A stretch of 64,000 nt of DNA, taken from positions 62,001 through 126,000 of the forward strand of contig NC_134035.1 in assembly GCF_964204645.1 (NCBI RefSeq), in the 5' to 3' direction. This DNA is from Tubulanus polymorphus (Eukaryota; Animalia; Nemertea). A program made the translations under genes and the position numbers. Positions 54,401 through 64,000 of the stretch are shown piece after piece. Each line of letters opens with the position of its first letter. The stretch's first letter is position 1. A model generated the notes under the pieces. That model was not told where the DNA came from and did no database searches. It worked only from the letters and a program-made list of their open reading frames with translations.

Positions 54401-57400
54401 ACCAGACCCTGATCTACAGTTAAAACTAACCCACAACTGTGAAACTGTGATTTCTTAAATGACAAAAATATTCAGAAATCATTTGTATACATTACATAAT
54501 ACAATTAGTAAATGCTAATTAATACTAATTTACATTAAAACAAATTTGCCGCAAATAAAGCATTTGAATCTCGATAAGGTACACAGTAGACTCAGGTCAA
54601 GTCGAACCTTTTGGGACTGTGGAAATGAGTCCAACTTGAGTGATTTCCTAGTTGGATGTTATGTATTTCATTGTTAGTGACCAAAAGTTTTCAACAAACA
54701 TCAGAATTGAACGGTTATCAGAGTTGAACGGTTATCCAACTTGGGGTGGAGTCAACTATATAAACTCTAAGTGTCTCATTAGTTGTAAGCTATTGAGAAG
54801 ATTCTCAATTCACACAGAAATCATTTTTCTAAGTAATTATCATCTTTAAGTCTCGCGGTAGTTTCGACTGTAAGATACTTTTTCATGATTTCTGTCGCGA
54901 GATTTGAATTTCTCAATAAAATTCTGATTTACAAGCACAATTAACTATCTCTGAATCATTATGCAGCGGTGTATACACACATATATAAAATTAAAACACA
55001 AAAAAACTGATGCGTAGTTAAGGAGTATATATCACACGAGAAAAAGAGAAATAATCATGAATGTAAGCACAAATAGAAGGGAAAAAAGAATTCACAAGCA
55101 CCAAATATCAAAAAAGAAAGTTTAAAACAAAAATAATGCTGTTTTACAGTGACATGACATCATGAGGAAATGTAGAAGACATTATGAGGAAGTTCAGCAG
55201 CCAGAATAACTACTGGGCCTCACTTGCCACAGTAGCCTAGGATGTTTCCATTTGTTTAGAAACTCAGTCTCTGGTAAAACAACATTGTTTTTGATGCAAA
55301 AGCAAACGTTAATTAAACATGCAGATGAACAATTATTGAAGCATTCACAATAACACACATAAATACAGGTGAATTTATTAAATCTTTATCTATTGATTTA
55401 TTCAGAATAAATATCAAATAACTAGAAATTGATGATTTTTCCACAGCAGGAAATACCAAATATTGCGATAAATTATATCTGCATATTTATTGGTATGTAC
55501 AGTGGTTATAAAATTGCCAGATACATGCCAGATATATATGAACTGTTATCAGCAATTTGATTAGAAACTACTGTATATCACAGATCCAGTTATTCGGTTG
55601 TCGATCGAGACATTTGTAATAATATTCCTCATAGGATTCATTTCAGATTTCACGGGCTGCAGTTGCCCAAAAGTTGGTTAGAATTAACCAGGAGATAGCT
55701 GACATGGGGACAATTAAAATTCCATTGTAACAGCGGTATTTATCTGCCGGTTATCTTTAACCAACTTTTGAGCAACCGGACCCTGAGGCTGCAGTTACTC
55801 TAAAGTTGGTTAAAGATAACAGGCAGATAAATACCATAGTAACTTGTCAACAATCCGCTGAGTAACAGGACACAGGACCCAGTTCCACAGTAGTTTGACT
55901 CGAGCTATGGAGGTGTGAGTGAACTCCCATCTCATTGGCTTAAGGTAGTTTGACTCAACGAGTTAAAATTCATTCATTTCCAATGTTATAATTATTGAGC
56001 TAAATTTCAACAGAGAACTGTGGAACTGATCATCCAGCATTCTGGTTAAAAACCAACTAAATTACGACTCAATCAACAACTGCAGAACTGTGAAACTGCA
56101 GATACAAAGCTTTATTCTATTCTTAATTTTGAATATTCAAATTGCCTAAGTATCGTTACACTTACGTTTTTGTGTTCGGGATCTTGTTTCTCGTTGCGAA
56201 TAATCGAAGGATCTCGTTCCGGTGACGGGGAACGTTCAACAGTATTGTCACTACAATATACAACACATTCATCCATTCTTTAACACTGATTCACAGAAAT
56301 CGCAACAAAATAATAATTCCTTAATACTGAATAGAAGATAATGCTTTCACAGCTTCAGTTCTCAAGAGTGAGAGTTCTTAGAAACGTATGATGATAATAC
56401 TAGTGCTCATCCCCGACCTGTCGAGGATATAATATTGGCTATTTCTGACTAACAGTTATTCAACAACTAAACAACTAACTATATACACGAGGAGGGAGCT
56501 ACATCTCGGCACATTAGAATACTGAATTCCTCGTAGAGCAGTAACACATGTATTTATAGATAGTCTGCTGAACAACACTATTTCCGCATTAATCTAACGA
56601 GCTGCATCCTCCTAAAATCTCACTCGAATATCTATCATTTCAATCATCCTCCTAAAATCTCACTCGAATATCTATCATTTCAATCATCCTCCTAAAATCT
56701 CACTCGAATATCTATCATTTCAATCATCCTCCTAAAATCTCACTCGAATATCTATCATTTCAATCATTCTCCTAAAATCTCACTCGAATATCTATCATTT
56801 CAATCATCCTCCTAAAATCTCACTCGAATATCTATCATTTCAATCATCCTCCTAAAATCTCACTCGAATATCTATCATTTCAATCATCCTCCTAAAATCT
56901 CACTCGAATATCTATCATTTCAATCATCCTCCTAAAATCTCACTCGAATATCTATCATTTCAATCATCCTCCTAAAATCTCACTCGAATATCTATCATTT
57001 CAATTCTCTCTGAGGAATTATTAATTTACGAACGTTTTAATGCGTGTTTTACAATTGAATAGAACTATATTGTATATTTCTTTTTCCGATACTTATTGCG
57101 CGCGCTGAAAACGCCATTTTTCGAGAATGGACCCGGCAACAAATATCACCTTATCTCTAGCCAGAAGGCCCTATCATTAGATTTCACCCTTCCACTTCCT
57201 GCTATAACGCGTGAAATATTAGGTTTATTTTTGATGCCACTTTATGAGGTTATCTATATCATATATAGATAGAGGTTTAGGTTGACTCTCGATCATATTG
57301 ATAAACACTACTAAATAATATAACAATACATTATATATATATATAAAAGTCTGTTGATTCGTTCGGTCAAATTTCCAACTATAGAAAATGTTGGAAACAT

Positions 57401-60400
57401 GAAAATACATTGATATCTAATAAACGATGATGAAATAATTTATTTGGTTGATTTTTGTTATACTTAATAAAATTGACATCCTACAGAATCTATATGTATA
57501 TAATCAATCACGTTATTAATTAGATTGATGTTTAAATTGCACAAATTATTCATGAACCCATGAAATAGGGTAAAATACATAAAACATCTAAATTTCTATT
57601 AAGAATAAGAAATATTGATATTGTTGAAGGCAATTTTGATTTACAGTTAAACTAGCTCATATAAGTAGTTATGACGATCATTAAGCTGATGACTTATCAT
57701 CCATATGACAATTTACACGCATTAAATTGAATTGGAAATACACAAATTGTGACTCAAAAATAGAGATGATTTCAGTAAAGTGATGAGGTGGGCATCATAT
57801 AATATTGCATTTAACTTCCTCGATCACATATAATGTTACAACAAACTGAATTTCACAATATCTACCTATCTTCTGTTGTCGACATGATGCTATATCCCTG
57901 ATTTTGAGCGTATAAATGACTAGCGCTAGACTTCTGAATGTCTCGCAGTTTTATCTTATGTCCTATATACATGTTTACAACAATATATACAGCTTGCTTA
58001 ATCTGTATCAGTTTTAGGTTAAAGCTTTAAAGTCCAAAACGACCGAACACAAAACACAAAACAGTATCCGCATAGTTCCAGCTATTTCAACGTATTTACA
58101 TTTCATGTATTGTTTGACATAAAAACGAGAACATTAATATCACAGTCACGCTGAAAATAATCTATCGGAGCCAGTTCATACAAACACTTCTTTCGCTCTA
58201 AACCCGGTAGTTGAATTAGAAAACTTTGTACCCGAGAATGGCGTCCAAAATCAGCCAATTCTGTCTATGTACATAATGCTTAAAATTGCATAAATTGCCG
58301 AGTTGAGAATCGGTTAAATTTTGCGAACAAACTTTGAGAATGGCCTCTTATCTAAGTCTAGATTCAAATCCGAACTGACAAATTTTGAACTGACCCAAGC
58401 CCTCTTAATTTAGGGTGATGTTTGTTAGGAATATTTACCTCGGGGTCCAACCTGTACGCATCTTAGCCGACGGGGCTCGAACTTTCTCATTCGTATTCTG
58501 GTCCTGACCACTTTCGAACATTGAGCGAATGTTTTTAAGATTTGGTACGGTGTCGATTCCATCGTCCTGTTTGTCGTCTTCTAAAAATTAGAGAAAATTC
58601 AAAACTCGTTGAAATAAAAGATCATTCATTATTTATATTCAACTTAACAACCATATACGACACGTATTGACAGTGAGAAAAAAATCATAAGTCAAGTGTG
58701 AGAGGTTGATTAGGGGAACAGGATGGAGCTACGAGATCTGAAAAATAGAAACAATGTTTATATATATACTAGATAGTGCTGCCATCTGTAGGTAACTATT
58801 GAAAGCACTGACTCACGCTAAGTAACCGTTGACTTTACCAACAGGTTATGTTAACATTTCAACTCAATTGTCACGAGCCATTTCTAAAACTGATTTATTG
58901 TCAAAAAACAGTTGAAACAATAAGAGAAGAGACCCTTTATTAGCAGCTAGGATGTAATGATTATGAGGAGAGTAGAATTTACACTAGAATCACAGTTGAA
59001 AACAGCTGATATCGATTGAGTTGAAATAGTTTTTCCACTGATAGGTTTATCTCTTGAACTGACTCTTACCAGTCGAGGTGTTGTCAGATTCTTTCACCGC
59101 TTTCTCAATCTCACAGCGCTGAATACGATAGAGATCTCGATACCAATTCTTAAATCCGTCCGAATTCATCTTCGCGACGGCCTCTTCAATAAATTGAAGA
59201 TCTTCGGCGTCTTGAGCGGCTTCTTGTTTCTGATTACCGCTCGCTGGTCGATCGTCTACGTTCAAACTGACTTTACGCTTTAAAAGTTGCTCTTTTTTAT
59301 TAGTATGAGACTGGGGTAGGGAATCATCGTCGAGACTGTATTTACGAGCCCATTCTTGACGTTTCTTTTCTAAATTCGGGTCGTCTTCCTGTTCAACAAA
59401 TTCATCGTACGTCTCTTCATTCTCATCATGAGAATTTTCTTCTGTCACCAAATCTGTCACTGGTTCTTTCACCGGTTCATCTGGTTCTGTCGCCAGTTCT
59501 TTCACCGGTTCTTCCAATTCAATGGTTACCGGTTCTTCTGGTTCTGTCTCCGGTTCTGTAACTGATTCTTCTGGTTCAACTGTTACTGGCTCTTCTGGCT
59601 CTGTCACGAGTTCTTTCATCGGTTCTGTCTCAAGTTCTGTGACTGGTTCTTCTCGTTGAACTGTTACTGATTCTTCAGGTTCTGTCTCTAGTTCTGTGAC
59701 TGGTTCTTCTGGTTCTGTCTCGAGTTCTGTGATTGGTTCTTCTGATTCTGTCTCTAGTTCTGTAACTGGTTCTTCTGGTTCAACTGTTACAATGTTTTCA
59801 TCATCGTGTTTAGGAATGCGTTTTTTGGAATGAGGGACCGGGGCTAGAACTAGCGAACCACCACTACTGGTACTATCAGTAGGTGACAATACATCCGTAT
59901 CATCAATCGGTAAATCATAGCAACTATTCAAATACTGTTCGTTTATAATACTTTGAATGCGTTTGTCTTCTTCGTTATCGTTTTCCGCATGAATCTCATC
60001 GACTTGCTCAGAATTTTCAGGGTTGTTCGCGGCGACGTGGAAACCGTCGTTATAAAATGCAACGGAGGAAGCGTGTTTGGTCTGAACGACTTCGGTCGGA
60101 CGATATCCATCATCGACATCGAGGATCATTTCGCATGAATTCGTACGCGGTATCTTCTTCTCTACGGTTTCATTCGGTGATGCATCATCTGTGTCTTCTG
60201 ATGTTTCCGAGTGTTTGTCTTCATTCACATCGTCATCTCGCATTTCGACTGGTTTGCAACAATCGTCGGAATCAGATTTTTGTTCATGGTGGATGTCTAC
60301 GACGACAGTAGTCTCGGACAGATCGTCCGCTCTCGGCGTTGATGGCGTATCATCATCCGTTTGACAGAGAGGAACAACAACGGCGCCGTCTACCGATTCG

Positions 60401-61617
60401 AGAGGCACGTTCCCGGTGGGAGATGTCAGAAATGCGTAGTCGGCAGATTCAGGTGTAGCGAGTGGTGGTAATATCGGAATGTCGAGGTGAGGATCGTCGT
60501 AACCTTCAGAGCCGAGATCGTCTGAGATGATCGATGATTCGAGCACGCACGATGAGACTGATTCCGGTTCGAAATCCGCGTATTTCACGTCGTCGACTTC
60601 ACTTTGCGTGGCTTGCATTAAAGTCGCGGCGTTTATAACGGTATTGTTCAGGTCGTCGAGGGCGGCTTCGATTAAACCGTTCTCATTCTCTTCGGTTATT
60701 GATGCGGGTGAAAGTTCCATAGGTTCAGGACTCGCCGGTTCGTCAGGAGGTGGAGGTGGTGGAGGCATATCTTCGATATTCGATAAATTATCGATTTCAT
60801 TCGCCATATTTGCCATGTGCTCGTGAGTCGAATCGCGAAAATTTGATTCTCTATTTTCATTCGATTCCGTGTCACGATGAAGACTAGATTCATTAATATT
60901 TCCATTGGAGCATGAAGCCTGCTGTTCATCATCGACTGAAACCTCAAGCGATGATCGCTTTTCGTCGCTTATCATATTTGTATCAACGATTACAGTTTCA
61001 GATTCAGCGTCTTGAACACCGTCTGGTTCAACTGGTTCCGTATCACCAGTTTCTGTGATTTCATCGAGTCCTGACATTTCTACTTTATCGTCGTGTTCAT
61101 TGACATTTTCAGACGTACTTTCTGCCTCATTTCGTTCTGACGTGTCATCGGATATTTCTACTTTATCTTCTGTGTGATGATTTTCAGGATTAAATTCAGT
61201 CAGATCGACAGGATCTGGAGGCTCATCTTCTGTCAACTGTGATGTCAGCACTTCAGTTTGACCTTCATCAGGTATAAGTACAGATTCTGTATTGATTTCA
61301 TGTTCCAATGGCGTCTGTTCCTGCGATTTTAAAGGTTCTAAATCCACCTGACCACATTTTTCGTTTATTCCATTTTCCTCGAGACAATTTTCCGTATCGT
61401 GATTTATACTTTTATGGTTTCTATGACTAGCATCATTAATTACATCACCGTTGTGTTCAATTCCATTTTCCTTCGACTTTTCTACTTCCGCCGACGTATC
61501 ACCGTTATGATTCTCGAAACCATTCACATCATTCACCTCCTCGTTTGTTATTTTTACCGAGGAGGACTGGCTCGATTCGAAAGTTTCAATCAAATCTGCG
61601 TTCTCCATTTCATCCAT
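48425..61617 (-). CDS. Uncharacterised ~1,433-aa acidic, disordered protein with C-terminal ~45-aa repeats (possible cytoskeletal/actin-associated scaffold)
   Basis: Exons 59070-61617, 58439-58580, 56166-56250, 53525-53851, 51810-52112, 51394-51573, 50200-50463, 48842-48998 and 48425-48720 are all GT-AG and frame-consistent (4,302 nt). An in-frame stop lies upstream of the ATG at 61617. No catalytic or LIM motif seen. Confidence 0.8.
53209..53449. mobile_element. Small non-autonomous element with CAGGGTGGCGCCACT termini (hAT-like)
   Basis: CAGGGTGGCGCCACT...AGTGGCGCCACCCCG; no clear TSD. Confidence 0.55.
54298..54410. mobile_element. Near-perfect palindromic MITE nested in another MITE (~54229-54448)
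   Basis: GTATTACCTTTAACCCGGGGGTTAACTCAATT...AATTGAGTTAACCCCCGGGTTAAAGGTAATAC. Confidence 0.8.
56605..57003. repeat. 40-bp intronic minisatellite, ~10 copies
   Basis: Unit CAATCATCCTCCTAAAATCTCACTCGAATATCTATCATTT. Confidence 0.95.
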
Positions 61618-64000
61618 GATTCTCTCTTTCCCTACCAATTATTTGACGTCTTATTCTGTAAAGAGAAATGAAAAAACAAAATGACTAGGTTTCCACATAC
61701 CGGGTTTACACTGGGTTTAGTACCGTACGATTCTGAAAAAATAACAATAACTTTTAACTTTCTAAGAAAAGAAAAATGGACCCGAATTCGCGGAGGTCTT
61801 TCATATAAACAAGGCAAGCAGTCAGAGATTGTTTTACAACGTTTGTTCGCAGATGAAAGTTGAGAATAACCTTTAGAGAAAATAAAACACCTGCTGCTGG
61901 TAGTTAGAGATACACGTATATATACGAGAACAACAAAGACAAAGATGAACCCTCTTCATCTTCATCTTCATTTTCATCTTCATCTTCATCCATATGGAAT
62001 TTAGGATGCTTTCTTATCTGACGAAATTTCTTCACATTCCGGAAACGAAAGCGAGTGTATCTCATCCTCTGAAGATAATCCATCCTTAATCTCTATTGGG
62101 ATTAACAAATGGCTGCTGCCGGTATTGAACTGTTCTTACTCAATAATCCACATTCTATACCAGACTCCGCTAAACCTATTTATTACTCACACAACCAAAT
62201 ATTCTCAGCAAATTCTGAGAAAGCATTCCAAAAAATATCCACCTGATATTCAAAAACTGCATCTCTGGCAGCATTTATATCCTAAAATCTAATGTCCCTC
62301 ATGACAAGCGACGACTTAACTAATCCATCTCTATGAGGAGTAAATGTAATTTTGTTGTTGATAAAATAATTCCTGAATGAATTAAACAGTATCTAATCTT
62401 ACAACACCCGGGCCCAGTCGGGCCAGGCCCGGTTTCAAAGTTGTCCAGTCGCAGAAGTTTACGGCTATAGGAAATTTACAGAAGGATGAAATAATGTCCT
62501 AACGAGGAATTTCAGACCTAGTAAATGACTATGAGATATAGAATGATTTCTTAAAGAAATTGATAATGATCCCAATAAATACCTTAGAAAAACAGCCTGT
62601 TATAATCCAACAGAAGAGAAAAGCCGCCCCAACTGTCCAGCAGTAGGTGATAGAAATGATTGAAACTGAGAGCTACAGTCAGCGCCACGAGTGAGGGAGG
62701 ACTGTGAGTCAGAGAGAGAGAGAGGGGGAAGGGATTCTCTGCAGTATTACCTAGTCTCTATTTTTATACACACAACAGATACTGATTCTACAGACTGCGC
62801 CGTAATGAGGCCACAAATATGCACGTAAAACTCATAACAATAAATCTGCCAACAAATACGTTACAATTCACCAGTTTCTGTGAATCTCTTCACAATTACA
62901 ACGATTTATGCTCTAAACTTCTTAGAATCGCTGAGATGATCTTATCAAAAACTACAAACATGGAAATCTGGTTCACCAGTTCGAATAAATGATGGAATTT
63001 TACTTACGATTCCCGATACAATCCGATACAATCCGATACAGTTAGAATAGCAGCTGGTATAACCATCAATACTAACACGTATTGTCAGTTCTAATAACAA
63101 TATTGTTTTTTTTTATACTATCTATGTCGGGTATTAATCGCTAACAATAATTGTGTTCGATATAAAATAATCGGATAACTGCGTGTCTGGTCGCTACGGG
63201 TGATAATAGTGCGTCGTCTGTCCGGTCGGTCGCGGCCACTAGGAGCGGGTAATCACGTCTTCTGCCGCTGATAATCCGAAGTAACTGCGCAAATGGAACA
63301 GCACCACCCTTGATACCACTGCAGCAACGACAATATATATATTTATCTAATTATATATTCAATAGATCTTAAAGCAATATATACACAATATATATATATA
63401 TATGCATCTAAATATATGATACTTCACACTTCATACGTTCATCAGTTTTATATTAGATGATTTTTGTATAGTTGAAAAAGTGATGCTAGCTTTTTCGTAC
63501 AGCGTTCTATGACGTTTCTATGATGTATATTTGATATAGTTTTCACTAAAGGCACAACGTGTAGCCATATATATATATATATATATTATACACATATAAC
63601 GTGCGCGGTGCGGTGTTCATAGCTATATTTATATATACACGAATATGTGATTGAATCCGATTCAAGTTTTCAGAAAGTTCAGGCTTCTTTTAAAAGATGT
63701 AGACGACCATCTTCGGGAAGACACAAAATGATGTTGTTACCGCGGTTTCACCGCGTAAGGTTGCCGGATGATTTTCCACCGGTGTAAAATGTCGAGCGCA
63801 ACTTAAACGCACATAATTGAAATCAGTGTAATTAATTCATGAAGTTCCTCCTGTTAGTGATTTGGTATTAATTCATTCATCCATGAATTCAACTGCTACA
63901 GATAAACACCATCTAACACTAAACATCGACGATATATTAATGAGTTCCTTATAGCGGATTCAGCAGTATATCACATAGCAATCACTCGCAGGCATCCGAT

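Overview
AT-rich, intron-containing genomic DNA from an invertebrate animal. It is probably a lophotrochozoan; this is an inference from the GRL101-type receptor and gene style. I built seven protein-coding gene models by hand from GT-AG sites and frame continuity: METTL1 (-); a single-exon FMRFamide-receptor/GPR139-like class A GPCR (+); an atypical, Gyc-88E-like soluble guanylate cyclase (-); a ~2,119-aa receptor with signal peptide, mucin, CUB, C-type lectin, LDLa, LRR and 7TM regions (GRL101-like, +); a DENND2/ST5-like Rab GEF (-); a THAP-domain protein (+); and a ~1,433-aa acidic disordered protein with an unnamed ~45-aa repeat (-). Introns and intergenic DNA are full of minisatellites (13-57 bp units) and MITEs. 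There is also a 535-bp foldback and a 2-kb non-autonomous TIR element. The strongest unusual signal is a pair of homologous 157-nt exons, only 39 nt apart, encoding alternative versions of the guanylate cyclase active-site segment (VETIGDAYM vs VETIADSYM). These are apparently mutually exclusive exons in the catalytic core of a predicted O2-sensing cyclase. Next most notable are the chimeric receptor with a degenerate 7TM and the unnamed repeat protein. Most long ORFs over tandem repeats are artefacts. No database searches were possible, so all family calls rest on recognised motifs.
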